NCBI RefSeq assembly: GCF_018977255.1
Contig: NW_024704743.1
Location: 22,508,001-22,572,000, forward strand
DNA length: 64,000 bases
Origin: Callorhinchus milii
Lineage: Eukaryota
Direction of reading: 5' to 3'
Shown: one piece after another, positions 24,265 to 38,300 of the stretch
How positions within the stretch are numbered: position 1 is the stretch's first letter
Layout of the letters: every line of letters begins with the position of its first letter
The notes under the pieces: model-generated
What the model was told of the DNA's origin: nothing
Seen by the model: the letters and a program-made list of their open reading frames with translations, nothing else
Databases searched by the model: none
Translations under genes and position numbers: made by a program

Positions 24265-24690
24265 CTGACAGTCGGTTGTGCTCTCGCCTCTGAGTCAGAA
24301 GGTTGTGGACTCAAGCCTCATGTTGGGACTTTGAAATCATAGTATAGGCTGACACTCAAGTACGTTGCTGGGGGTGGGGGGGGTGTTGGAACTGCTGTCA
24401 GATAAGATGTCAAACAGATGTCCCATACACTTATTCTGGTGGACATTAAAGATTTCAATGTACTTATTTGAAAAGTGAAGGGAGTTTCTCCTGGTGTCTT
24501 GGCCGACAGTTCCTCCAGATAAAATTGTTCGTTCACATCAAAGCTGTTTGTAGGACATTGTTGTGTGCAAATTCGCTGATGCTTTTTCCTACAAATACGC
24601 AGTACAAATACAGATATACAGAAAATCCTTTGAAGCACTTTGAGATATCCTCCTGATGTAAAAGATGCTATATGAAGTGTGAGGATAATT
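24265..24690 (+). mobile_element. Older DeuSINE (SacSINE1/AmnSINE1-like). Related copies at about 9990-10165(+), 33700-34020(+), 38345-38735(-), 39140-39600(-), 53050-53240(-), 54770-55485(-)
   Basis: tRNA-like head CTCGCCTCTGAGTCAGAAGGTTGTGG then Deu-domain motifs GGTGGACATTAAAGAT and GGGAGTTTCTCCTGGTGTCTTGGCC; family name from memory. Confidence 0.65.
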
Positions 24691-26234
24691 ATTTTTGGGT
24701 AGCATATTGATGTTCTGCTAATAAAGCACTTGGAGAAGCAGGAAGTGGCTAAACTGCATGGTACAATACAACTCCTTTATAATGCATTAGTTCAGTTCCA
24801 TAAAATCGCTAAGTGTATTATAACTGAATAACTTAAGTCAGTGCTTTTGCACATGTATGCAGAAAGCCAGACGGTTTTCTGTGATTAAAACAAAATGGCA
24901 GACTTCGGAACATTGGGTTGCTGCTGATGTCATTTCACATGTGCAATGAGCAACTATTGGCAACCCGATGACCTGAAGGTTGGCCGTTTCTTAGCACACG
25001 AATAACTAGTTGGCGTTTTGAAGTGAGATAATATTATTTGAACTGAGCTGACTGGATCTCTACTTGCATTTTGGATTTTTTGCTAAGTAAATGTTAGGGT
25101 TCACACCCCAATTGCACACTATAATCGAACCCTCAATATAACAGGGTTCTATTCTATCACAGAAAGGTGCCTTTATTGACCAAATGTAGTTTAATCACGT
25201 AATGCTTTCATTGGGTGGTTGGCTATGTTTATCTTGAGATTACCAAACAGCATGGAATTTTAATCAAGCTATGCTTTGATGATTTAATTCGTCAAGTGGG
25301 CAGTAGAAAATCAAGTTGAGTTTGCACCTGGTGCAAAATAAAAAATGAATACCCTTTTATAGTATAATTCTGGTGGTGACAGCAGCCTGACATAATGTAC
25401 AATGAACAACAAAAAAAGCGGCCTACCTTTAAATGACTGCGATTGAATCATTTTGGCTGCTGGATCCTCTTTTGGCAGTTCTGCTACTCCTGGTAGCTGA
25501 CTGCATACACAGAATTTTTGGGATTCTTTTATCTCGATTACCTAAATAACGGAGGTTCAGACCCAAAGAAAATATCAGGAGCATAGTCTCAGGATTTCAG
25601 CCTGGCCTGTGGGAATGCAGAATGAAAAATGGAATACTCCCAACATTTTTAGCACTGCTACATGAGTGTTATTTGTACTGCAACTAGTGGCCTAATATAA
25701 AAGCAGCATTAGTAATAAAAACCCCTGTTGCAGTATGTATAAAGTTTGATGCAATTTCAGTTAAACTATGGCTTACATAGTTGATTTCTTTTAGCTCCAT
25801 ATAAAATGTGAAGTTGTCTGATGTTTGTGGAAAGCTCTGAATTTAATGTCTGGGTGATGAATCAAATGTATCTCTGAAAATGGTCTATCTGCAAAATTAA
25901 GTCTGAATACTAGTACCATCAATAATCTTTACTTTAAACTTTCTCGGTATACAGTAGAATCAGAGGAATGGATAGCCGGAAATTCACAGCAATACAATGA
26001 GTGTCTGATAAAAGAATAAGGATGGGGGAGAACCATGGCTGTCAGAATCTGTGCCTATAATAGATGTTGGTGGAAACCTAATTGCGCTAGATAGAAGGGA
26101 ACAGTCAGAGATGGACTCCTACAACTACATAATATTATCATTTCTTCCCACTCTTCTGTGGGAGCAGAATTAATATTGCAACAAACATTATTAGTAGCAT
26201 AAAACTACTGCTACTGTCTCACGACGGTCTAAAC

Positions 26235-26580
26235 CCAACAACCACAAATTACATTTGTATTGTGCCTTTCACATCGGGAGGATGTCCCAAATCGCTCGAC
26301 AGTCAAGCTATGGACCCGAGCTGGGCGTTGGGATCAGCAGGGGAAGGTTTTGAGACAGGTCTTAAAGGAGGCAAGGGACGGGGGGCGAGGCAAAGGGACT
26401 GTGGGTTGGAGTTCCAAAGGGTGGGGACAGAAAGGCTGAAGATCTGACCGCCGATGGTGGGCCAGGCCGGCAGGAGACGTGGAACAGGCCAAAGTCTGCC
26501 AAGTGGAGGGAGCAGACAGGCCGGTTAGCAGATCACAGAGGTAGGGAGGAGCAAGGCTGTGGAGGGCTATGAAAGCGAGC
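26235..26580 (-). mobile_element. L2 3' fragment
   Basis: ALHSLAPPYL and SFKTCLKT motifs plus L2 tail. Confidence 0.8.
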
Positions 26581-26864
26581 TCACGTTCCCTATTAGTCAG
26601 TGAACAATCCAACACTTGGTGAATTCTGCTGCTCAGTGAGGAGGAGCTCATATCTCAGGATCAACAGGCGACGTTGCTATGAATGTTTGGCTGCCACAAA
26701 AGACTACTGACGTTTTCTCTATTTTTATCTAAATCACTTGTTTGCATTGGCTGCTGGTGTCGCATGATTTCTAGAACCCTATTTCAATCTCTGGTGATTA
26801 ATTTCTTTACATTTGGAGGACCTGAAGTGGCTTCCTTTTCCTCCACCTGAGGTTTCCATCACAG

Positions 26865-27110
26865 AGAGGATCCTGGTCCTCACCTTCAAAGCCCTCCATG
26901 GCCTTGCTCCGCCTCACCCCCTCCCTTGCCTCCTTCAAGACCTTCTCAAGACCCACTTCTTCGACCATGCCTTCAGTCACCCCCCCCCCCCCCCACCCAC
27001 TCCCCGATCCTAACCCCCAGCTTGGGTCCGAAACATTGATTGTCCAGGGCCTTGGGACGTCCTCCTGACGTGAAAGGTGCTATACAAATGTAATTTTGTT
27101 GTTGTTGTTT
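26865..27110 (+). mobile_element. L2 3' fragment, internally deleted
   Basis: ILVLTFKALHGLAPP joined to the 3' UTR and (TTG)n tail. Confidence 0.8.
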
Positions 27111-27493
27111 CCTTCATGCTTAGTTGATATAAGTCTTGCCCCATTTCACTCTTTCTCCCTCATCTCAAAATAGTGACAAATTCCTCTTTGTCTGGGCCTT
27201 CTTTCCCACCATCCACTACAGCCACCAGATTGTCTTCCTTTCTGCCACCCATGTTTGAGGATCAGATGCATTTTTACTCCATTCTTAATTTTCTGGTTGG
27301 ATCAGTCTCTCTCTAGCTCCTTTCCATAGATTGCTGCTCCCTAGATACTTTCTCTTGCAATTACATCACATTTCATGTCTCTCATCTGCCTCCACGGCCT
27401 GTGGTAGAGGCAGAACCAAATTTCTAAGGTTCTGTGGTCTGAAACCCTTTAGGTATTCAGATGACCTGCCTCTAGTGTGCTATTCATTTAAAC

Positions 27494-27865
27494 GTGGAGT
27501 CCTGTAGCTTAGTGAGTGGTTAGAGCACTCGCCTCGCAAGAGAGACGACCTGTGTTTGATTCCCAGCAGGATGAAACATTGGTCAAGTTTCCTTACTCCA
27601 CATGACTCTGTTTACCTAGCAGTAAGTAGGAACCCAGTTGTTAGTCGAACGCTTTTCTGGGGGTAATAATTCCTTCAAAATAAATTTTAAAATAAATTGG
27701 TCACTCAATCCACGACTGTTGTGGGACACTGCTGTGTGCAATTGACTGCCACGTTTTGCCAACAAAATATACAATCAATTCACTCTGCAGTATATTCTGT
27801 GAAGCGCTTTGAGAGGTCACAAAGACGTGATAAGGCGCTATATCAAATGCATGGATTATTATTAT
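27494..27865 (+). mobile_element. tRNA-derived SINE, long subfamily
   Basis: Same head and tail plus extra central block CTCTGTTTACCTAGCAGTAAGTAGGAACCC. Confidence 0.9.
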
Positions 27866-30639
27866 GTACTAATTATATTTATATACTGATTATAGTATGG
27901 TCATATCTATATTGATGACCCCCACCTCCCAGGCACTGTCCCTCTCTTTCTTTCATTCTGGCCAAGACCATTCCAACCAAGCCTGGTGCAAGTTTATTCG
28001 GGGAAATTTGTTGCGGAATTTAGTCCAGGGGTTCACACGATGGCTTAACTCTTGAGATGCTATCACGTTTTCTACAGAATTTAGTATTTCTGACATTATG
28101 TACAGCATCTAGGAGCAAATATAGTTTTTCACTGTGGTGCTGTTGAGGCCAAATCAAGAGAATGTTTAATGACAACTGGAAGCAGTACTGCGATGACCTC
28201 AACATAATGGTACAATAACAATAAATAACAAGCGAGGGTCCATGAAGCAGAATAACTGTGCTTGGTACAGACAGGTGTAGGTAGATCACTTTCTGTGGTT
28301 CATTAAGTAATTTATTTCAGGTATTGCAGTGGAATATAATTCACCTAAAGTACTTGTATAATTCTGTCATAGCTGTTATTTGTTATTGTTTTCACGTAGG
28401 GCTTCATTTATAGTCCTCAAACTATATTTTGCCATCACTAATAGCCCTCAAACTGCATTTTTCCCAGCGCTTGGGGACATCCTCCCAACGTGAAAGGCAC
28501 GATACAAATGTTGTGTTGTTGTTGCCTCACATTTTTCATATTTATATTGAAATTTTCTAAAAAGCAGCTTCAGCTAATCCAGTTACAGTGGAGCTAAGAA
28601 ATGGGGCTAATGTTTTGAAGGTACTGTACCTAAATTGCAGTAAAACATTGTGGTCCATTGTGCACCATGTGTATTAAAGGAATTACAGGTGCTTGTGATT
28701 ATGTAAATAACCATTGAAAGGATGGGTCAAAAATTACCCAGTAAATACTCTGGATACTAATCAAATAATTAAGAGCACTTATAATTTTCTCTGTATACTT
28801 GCTTCTACCCATTGTGCATAATACACTGCTGCATAATGGTCTTCACTGTATGGTTGTTTAATCTATTTAAAAAAGTGATCCAATAAGTATTGACAGTATC
28901 CTTTTTATATGGATTGAGGATTTTTTTAAAGGTCTACCTTCATTTTAATTCAAATCTGTCAACAGCATTTTAAACATACAATGTTTCAGCTATATCTCTA
29001 TTTCCTTTCAAGTGCAGAAAATTGATGGATTGTTTCAAAATCAAAGAAAAATCCCTACTTTTTAAACAAAAACGAGTAAAAGGCAAATTCTTCCTTATTT
29101 GTTTAAGCTCCACGTAGCTGTATTATCTACTGGNAAAAAATATGCAGGCTGACTAACACTTGCTGTTTACAAACTTCCTAGGATATATTGCAATCTTGGC
29201 CAAATGGGTTTCTGGATTCTTATATAAGCTCGTTCTGATCAATACTCTAATTAATTATTTTTCTCTCATCGTTGACAACTGGTTTGATACCTGCGCACCC
29301 TAAAATACGTCCACTTCACTGGTATTTTTAAATGCATCTGTAAAGCAGATATTCGTTAGAAGGTACTTTTTTTTTTCAGGTGACTTTCAATTTTCCAAAA
29401 TTGATTAAAAGGTCCTGATAGAGTTGTTCAAGATTATGAAAAGATTTGAGAGGATGGATGATGATAGGCTGTTGAGAATGGGAAAGGTCACTGCCAGATG
29501 CTGTGGTTCATGCATATAACTTCAATGTACTCGGGAGAAAACTTGATGAGTACATAGGAAGAATAGAGCAGTATAGGAAGGATTGTGTGGAGTGTAAACA
29601 TATGCACAGACTAGTTGAGCCGAATGACCTAAGATACAACTCTTAAGTGTTCAGTGCTGCAAAAATGATTGAAATGCACTTATGTTCACCTGTGTTTGAA
29701 ATGGCAAGCTTTGTGATTTTAGCTGGTTAAACTCAAGCAGCACTCCCAATGCACACTTTGGGATCCCCAAACCTTGACTTTTTCCAACCTGCATGTAATG
29801 CTTTATGAAATTAGATAAGCATCCTTCTGAGGAGGAAGATCACAACATTACAGATGTGGGACATTTTCATGTGTATAGACATGAAATAGACATGTGTACA
29901 GACACAGGCTATAGACATGGCGGTGATGTCAAGACATTCCTGTGTGCAAACTATTAGAATTTTTTTTGATGATTTTTGCTATACAATAAGTGTAATAGAG
30001 AGTGGGAGATGTGCCTGAAATTTAGACATTGAGGCTTTCAGTTCCCATTTCCAGGAATGGTCTAAAAAGCTTGATGAACATTCTGTATCTGCTCAGAGGG
30101 AAACTGTTGTCATGGCTCCACCAACTTCAATCACAACACTGCTCAGTCTCAAGCTTTCAGTCACTCTTTGCCTATTAAAGAAAGTAGCTGGTGTAAATCT
30201 TTGAAAAGGGATTGCAAGCCTCTGTCTCGCTTAGCCATCTGAGCACTTTGAAGTAGACAGACGTTCAGTATCAAAAACACTTTCCAATTCTAATTGCTCT
30301 TCTCATTCCCAATCTTCACCATGATGAGTTCATACTTTTTTTCAAAATAATGTACTTCATCCTGGATAATAGTTTCATCTCATCCTTTGTGTTTTTCAAG
30401 CATTCAAATTCCTTCACCCCCTTACTTCCCCCCCCCCACCCTCCATACACATGCACCACACATGCATACAAGCAGCATTAAAGTAGTTTGTCTCAGCCAC
30501 ACTGAAGTGTAAAGATATAGATAGGCTTCATTCATAGGCTTGCCAATAAGTGTGCATGCACCAACGGGTCAAGATACATTGAATTGCAGGAAACATAGTC
30601 TTGATCTGTCATTGCATGCACACTTACTGGTTGCAGTGA

Positions 30640-31560
30640 AGAACAACTACAACTTGCATTTATATAGTGCTGTCCTGGCACGTGTGATGGAGGGGGAGGT
30701 GACCGTAACCACGATTAAAAAGGAAGGTCTTTACACGGGATTTGAAGGTGGGGAGGGAGGGAGGGAGCAAGTCGGAGTGATTGAGGGAGAGAGTTTCAGA
30801 GTTTCTGAATGCAGGGGCTGAAGGCACGGCCACCGATGGTGAAGCAAAGGGGATGAAGGACAAATACGAGGCTGGAGCCGGCCAAGGGAAGACTGCGAGT
30901 GGGGAGGTTAGCAGGTCAGATAGGTAGGGCCTAGCGAGGGCATGAAGGAATTTGGAAACGAGTGAGAGAATCTTGAACTTGATCCGTTTGGTAATTGGAA
31001 GCCAGTGGAGCCTGGCAAGGACTGGTGTAATGGGGATATGGAGTTTTATCCGGATGAGTATGCAGGTGGCGGAGTTTTGAATTAATTGGATTTTGCATAT
31101 GGTGAAGCTGGAGATGCCAGTGAGGAGGGCATTAGAATAGTCCAGCTGGGAAGTGACGATAGGTGTCAACGAGGGTTTTGGCTGCATTGGTTGTGAGGTA
31201 CGGATGGAGGTGGCCAATGCGTTGGAGGTAGAAAAAAGCAATCCTGGTCAGCGAACGAATGTGTGGTAGAAAGGAAAGCTGGAGATCGAACCTGATGCCT
31301 AAGGTGCGCACAGGTTTGGAGAGCCTGGGGAGGTTGACGAGTTCAGACCCGCAGGAGAGAAGACGTTGACGGGAGCCAAAGAGTATGGCTTCCGTCTTGC
31401 TGACATTCAGCTGCAGGAAATTTGCGCTCATCCAAGCCTTCGTGTCCGCCAAACGAGGACAGGACATCAGCGGACTGGGAGTCGCAGCCAGAGGAGGAGA
31501 GTAGATTTGGGTGTCATCTGCATACATGTGGAAGCTGACCCGATGTCTGCGGGTGACATC
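30640..31560 (-). mobile_element. L2 LINE 3' fragment, second subfamily
   Basis: FHMYADDTQIY, FLQLNVSKTE, QLDYSNALL, LHWLPITKRIKFKIL. Confidence 0.9.
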
Positions 31561-34500
31561 GCCAGTAGGAAGCATGTAGAATGAACACTTGCTGGCTGCA
31601 TTGAATTCCTCATGCACAAGAGGGAGGTTTTACAACTAAGAGTATCTTTCCCATTGAAACAAAGAGACCACATTTGAATACATTGGTCATTTGCTTATGT
31701 AAGAGTTAGACCTTCAATGGGGGTGATGAGGGGTGCTCTGGCATATCTGTCTCTCTGCTCCTGTCTTCGATCTTTGAGTGATGCCCAGAAAAAAACATTT
31801 AGAACCAGGTTTTTCCATAGCCAGCAAGAAATCACTAAGTATGGTTACCAGGGTGAGAGGTCGGTATGATAGGTTTAGTTACAAACTTTTGGTGTCTTAT
31901 CTTTGATTTTTCAGAACACAGTATTCAGAATATTGACCATCTCCTTGTTGATTGTGATGTCAAATAGCATATCTTATATCTGTCTCTGGGCCGGTGTATG
32001 ATGAGATTTTATCCCCAAGATCCACAAAAGCACTGATCCTCAAACCTACCTCTTTCTTGGGAGGAAGCATTTGAGATGTATGTAGTCGGGATAACCCACA
32101 AATCTTCCATCCTTATGAGAACAAGAAAGTAGTAGCTGTAGAATCCTGAATTCTTCTCTTTTGCCTCAGAATTGTTCTTGCACCTGCACAGCTAACCGCT
32201 CTTACAAACAACTGAGTGCTCTCCTTATTGCTCTAAGAATGCCCAGTGTACTGAAATAAATGCAACCAGGATATATCATTTCAGGTCAGCACAGTTAATC
32301 CGCTGATTTTGGGTGATGCTTGGAGGCAATTATAAGACCACTTTATTTTTACCCTAAAATCCAATTTCGCTAATTGACAGTATCAAAGTTTACACATCAT
32401 ACTTATTATTTTACCATTTGATAATAGTACATCTTTTATTGATATACCAAGAGTTTTGTTTTTTCTATATAAATAGACTTAGAACAAGAAGTTACCATTT
32501 TATTTGGCATAGCATCTTTCATATCAGAAAGATAACTCAAAGCTTCACAAGATTTACTTTAAAGTGTAGTGACTAATATGTCGGAGAATACGGCAGTCAA
32601 TTCGTGCATGGTAATTTCCCGCAAACAGCCACAATTTGAACAATTGTATTGGGAGTTGGAGGATTGTTGGCCAGGATGTCGGGAGAAATTCCCTTCTGTT
32701 TGTTGAGTATGCATGTCTAGGCAGCTTATTTGTTTTCTATGGGAACAAAACGTTATGTAAATCTATTAGAAATCAGTGATAAAATCAGGTTGCTGATTGC
32801 ATCTTCATTTATCTCCTTAATGGTCATTGAAGAATGTTGGCACCCTTACAGCAGCTGCCTTGTAGGCCAACTAATGTTGTAGGCACCAAAGATGTTAACA
32901 ACTTGGAGTAACACGCATACATTTTTTTTAGTATTATTGCCTTCAACTGATCGTTCAGGACAATTAGTGCTTCTGTGTAGTTGGCTATAACATTTTCGGA
33001 CACCAAATTCTCACTTCCAATTCTTCCGTTGGTTTAGTAATTTATGTGGAGGCTGAATAAATAAGGAAGTATGTTAGATTATCAATCATAGATATGGTTT
33101 TGTCTTCCTCATTGTTTCACTATAGTTTACTGTCTACATACAAAAACTCATCCATTTGTACTCCTTAGTTCTCTTTATGATTTGGGGCAACTTGGAACTT
33201 TCTGATTATTTTGACTTGTGTGTTGCATTCTGTCATTGTTCTTACTTAGTCTTTCTACCTCTTCTGGTCTAAGAGCTAAGGCGTGGGTCAAGATGATACC
33301 TTGTATGCAATGGATGTGGGGAAGAGCGTCTCACCAAGATGGCTACAGATGACACAAAGTTCTTAAAGGGAGAGTGCCCCTAGATTTCCCCCCATATGGA
33401 TGACAAGAGTATTCATTTGTATGTGGAGGTTGAAATGCTTTCAATGAATGAGGGAGAACATATCTATGGTAGGTAATCTAACGTTATTCTGTAAATAGTT
33501 TTTGTAGGATTAAAGAGATGATTGTGTTGCACACTACCTGGGATATTTCATTTGAAATATCTGAAACAATAGTTCTGAAAATTAATTTTGTCATTGTGCT
33601 TAATCTGATTAATGGAGTTGAAAAATTGTTTCTCAGGAAAGCGTTACTTTTTTCCTCAAGAGAGGAAAAAGCTCCTCGCAACATAAATGGTGTCAGCTTT
33701 GTTCAGCATTGCTCAGATCATAGCCCTCCTGCCTCTGGGTCAGTAGGTTGTGAGTGCCAGCCCATATTGGGACTTGAAATTCCGGTGGTTTATGTCTTTC
33801 AGTTGAAACGTTAAAAACAAAATAGAGTAGAGAATGTTTCCTGATATCCTGGCTAACAATCCTCTCGATTAATCGGTCACTTCATGGCTGTTGTTGGGAC
33901 CTTGCTCTGCACAAAATGGTTGCGTGTTTGCCTACAAATACAATAACTGTACTTGACAACATTTATTGTCCATGTGAAGTGCTTTGAGACGTTTCAGTAT
34001 GTGCAATGAATATTTATTACTTAAACTGCATTTTCTGCAGAAGAATCCGTGTATGACACGCAGATTCCCAAGACACCCAACTCTGACCCATGTGCAGAAA
34101 GCGCTGTTTATGTCATGAGGCATTCTTTCTGGTAATAAAGTGTCAACACACTCCTGCTTTCCTGAGGAACAATTTTTCAACATCACTGTCGCACATTAAG
34201 CTTCAGTAGTGCTGTCTAAACATGTGATGTTAATTGTTCCCTAACAAAAAAATATTCAGACCTTATTCTTTAACAGTTATAACCGTTTCAATTTATCACT
34301 TTGACATAACTACATAAAACAATATGCTTATGATATTGAGAGATCCTGTATAAGTGCACTTGGCAAAGGTGCCATGCTCTAGGATGTCTTAAGTGTAATA
34401 TTCATCTGATAGATTAAAGCCAAATGGAATTTGAATGGGCAAGCTATGTTGGGTCAGTGGATCATTAAACATTCTGACGTGACACATTGGACTTCATGTT

Positions 34501-34751
34501 TGCAAAGCTGCTTACACAGGATTCTTACAAACTGCCATTAATGTGCATTTATATTTCATTTCAATCATAGACTGTGGATTATTCTTTTTATCACTAGATC
34601 ATTGATGCTTTTTAAGCTACAGTTCATAGCCTTCACTTTATGCCCTTTTCTTGTCAAAATTGCTTCTGAATTTCTGTTGCCATAACAATACCAATAGTAA
34701 AACACCTTTTGTTCTAAAAGTGATTTTTTTTAAAAAAAGCAACTAGAAATG

Positions 34752-35342
34752 CAGTATAACTCGCATAAGTCTATCCTTTATAAATCATAAAATCGCCTAA
34801 GACGTACATTCACCCAAGTCCCATTCAGTTTCCTATCAAAACCACTTAGATTTCCTTGCACGACTTGTATTAATCACCTTCTAATTCGTAAGACTGCTCC
34901 CCGATCCTCCATTATTCCTGCACTTATCTGCTGCCTTGAATCGCGGGAAATGACATCCTGATCGGTTGACGCATGGGGATTTACTGTGTTGAATTGTGGG
35001 AATCGTTGTCTTGATCAGTTGAGGCATGCGCAGAAGAACTTCATTTTCTGTGACTCAATGCGATTCCAATGCTTGCTGATAAGTGTGCATGCGGTGATGG
35101 GTCAAGCTGCGTTGAATCGCGGGAAATGCAGTGTTGACCGTCATCGCATGCACACTTACCAGTTGCGGGGATAAACTATTGCATGTGCACTGACTCGCTG
35201 CATTAACTATTGCATGCGCACTGTAGACTTATTGATTAAATTGATTTTCCACTACTTATACAGTTTGCCTGCAACTCGGATTTTGTGTAAGTCTTATTAA
35301 ATTTTATGGTCCTGACTGATAGGACTTATGTGAGTTTTACTG
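34752..35342. mobile_element. Tc1/mariner (Tigger/pogo-like) MITE, ~590 bp
   Basis: Left CAGTATAACTCGCATAAGTC-TATC versus reverse complement of right end CAGTAAAACTCACATAAGTCCTATC; TA on the right flank, TG on the left. Confidence 0.75.
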
Positions 35343-38300
35343 TATGTAATTGTAAATAGTAAATTTATAAAATAGTGAATATTTTCTCCAGAAGACTTTG
35401 AGTTCACAAAAAATATATATTTTCACATCATTTAAAGAAACAGTATTTTGATCCTGAGGTTTTACTTTACTCTCTGTTTTTAGTCTTGATTTTTTTATTG
35501 TCAGAAGGTGCAACTCAATGTTGGATATTCCTGCATTTATTTTCTAATTTTTTTTTCCCTCCTGATTTTTGATCCTTTTTTCTGATAGGCCGGCATTATA
35601 TTTGTCCTTGTTTAATATCACTAAATGAGAAAATGTTTAACATAACAAGTTATTTTAAAACATTTATACCACTCGTGTTTTATTAGAATCTCAGCACAAG
35701 AATAACTTGATGAAAATCTGTATAGTATGGACAACTTGTTAGATCTTTTCTTCCATAGAATTGCCTGCTGCATTTACCAATATTTGGCCACCACACTTCC
35801 GATAATGAAATATGACCTTTTTGTTTCACTTAGTAGTCTAAAACTTCTACTAATCTCCGAAATTATCCACATTGGTTTATTTTATAACTTTCCACTATCA
35901 AAGAGACCCTCAGAAAGCTCTGAACTTTTTCCTGAATTGAAAAACAGAAATGTTGGTCAGGCAAACGTATTGACAGAAAAGGAGCTAAATATAATTTATA
36001 GCCAAAGTAACTTGGATTTATTTTTAAAAATTATGGCATCTTTAAAATATTTGGTATTGAACTTTTTTTTAAAAAAAAAGTACCACTTTATCCTACTTGA
36101 ATTTTACATGTTAAAATTCTTGTCTGAATTAGACATTTACTGTGCCTCCTTTGGAAAAAAAAACATTTTCTGTTCTTAATGATGCAGAAAGCACATTACA
36201 CACAACTATCTTCACCTTGTTCATGTGGCTAAGCCAGAAAACATCCTCTGGGAGGCAGCCACGTTAAGGTGTACCTTTATTCATTAATTGTCCATTTAGT
36301 ATTTACATCTGGAATATCGGAAAACAAGGAATAATTGCAAGGATGTAATCTAATAAGGATTCATGTCCTCATTTGGGAGTGAGGCTTTCTGTATAAATGC
36401 CCTCAGAATCCCTTGATTGGAATACAGCCTTGAAATAAGTCCTGTATATTATGAATCATATATGCTGGACATTTTATTTATAGTTGTTGTTAGCATTTTG
36501 AGATTAAGAACATTGTGCAGTATTTAGTTCATATTTGTAGCCAATTTTTTTTGTAATTCTTTTGTGTTGATTTGTTTTTGTTTTGTGGTAAACTTGACAG
36601 TTGAGAGGAATGCAATATAAAGCTCACTAGAGATTATTGATGTCTTGGGTATGTCACTATTACTGGTTTAGAGTACATAATCTGCAGTTGATTGCGTTTA
36701 AATGATATGTCCAGAATATGTTAGTACTTTTATGATATATATGTGTTTTGTGCTGTTGTCTGTCTACTTCACTTTAGATTGTGTACATATCCACTTTTTT
36801 CCCCCCCACTAATCTTGTCTAGTTTCACAATAAACACTACTACAACCATCACTACAATCCTGTAACTGGCTTTGTTTCTTGTAACGTGAGAAATCTGGAG
36901 TGCAGAAATATTTTGCTGAAACATTTTAAGATTGCATACATACGACAAAAGCCGTTTATAAAAAAAAAAGCTCATCCAGTAGCTTAGTGACTGACGTCTG
37001 TACTCCAAATCATGACCAAACGATTATCAAATTGACCTTTAATTTCTGGTATAGGTTTGCTAATCGTGTTGCCGGGAGAATTGCTCTCAGAGTGGGTGTT
37101 TTTATTTTTGTGCAGATTTGACCATTTGTAGTCGATCAATTGAGCTGCAGACATTTTTTGGAGAGCTGAAGATAAACTGATTAAATGTTAAGTAAAAGAA
37201 AAAAGAATGCATTTTAATAGAACCTCATCACATTGAATGCCTTGAAGCATATTGTATGTAATTATTGTCGAGGGCAGTGACTGTGTTTGAAGGCAAGCAC
37301 AGCAGCATGGAAAAACAGCTGGACAGTGGAAAAGATGTCTGCGGGATGCTGGCCTACGTAAAGAGTTCTATAAATGCAAATTATCAGTTCATACCAGCCA
37401 TTTTCAAAATTATCATCTAAAATTACTTTTAAAATAAATAATAATCCTTGCATTTGGTATAGAACCTGAGAATGTTTAATAGTTATTTGTCTTCTGAGAT
37501 GAGAAAATATTCTGCTTAACAGAAATGTGTTGGTAATTCACTGTCTAGAATCTAGAATATTCACTATATAGAAATTGAAGGCTTTGCTGTACCTTGCCAC
37601 TACTTTAGGCAGTTGTTAGCCTTTAGTGAATGGACTGTTCATTCTGCGTCAGCCTTAAGAAAACAAACTAGTTGTGCCATTAAATGTATGTAGTCCCAGG
37701 TGAGATAACTAGACATCAGTGAATATATGCAGAGATATGCATATGTATCATAGTAATTGCAACATAGGAGGAGGCAACTTGACCCATAAACCATAAAATG
37801 GTATAGCTAATCCAATGGACCAATCTACTTAAATCCTATTTCCCAGGTCTTACCCCATACCCTTTTATATTTTTCCTCTGCAAATGTTTATTAAATTCTC
37901 ATTTGAATATTGTAGTGTCAGACTCTTTTTTATAATTCTCTGCCTATTCTAGGAATGTTCCATTGTTGAGCCTCCATTTTTTTTAGAGAGATTCAAGGAT
38001 TATTTTATTGTTCTGGAGTCGTATTGGTTGCCACTACACCCACTTCTAACATATGTAATTCTACCAATATATGTTTAAAGAAATTGGTTTGAGGTGATCC
38101 TTGTTAAGTTGAGTTTGTATATAAATTGAAAGTAATACACATAGTTATTAACCAACTGTAATAGAAACTGGCCCACTTGACTTTGAAAGTCAACATCAGA
38201 CTAGAATGGTTGAATTTGAAAAGTGATTAATCATTAAAGAGTTTCTCTTACATTAGAAAATGGGTACTATTGCTAATATGTTGATCACTGTGAACTGTTT

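Noticed and set aside
35727..36179. 150-aa ATG-initiated ORF
   Set aside because: AT-rich, L/F/I/K-biased, no recognisable domain or splice logic; likely chance, though a BLASTP was not possible.
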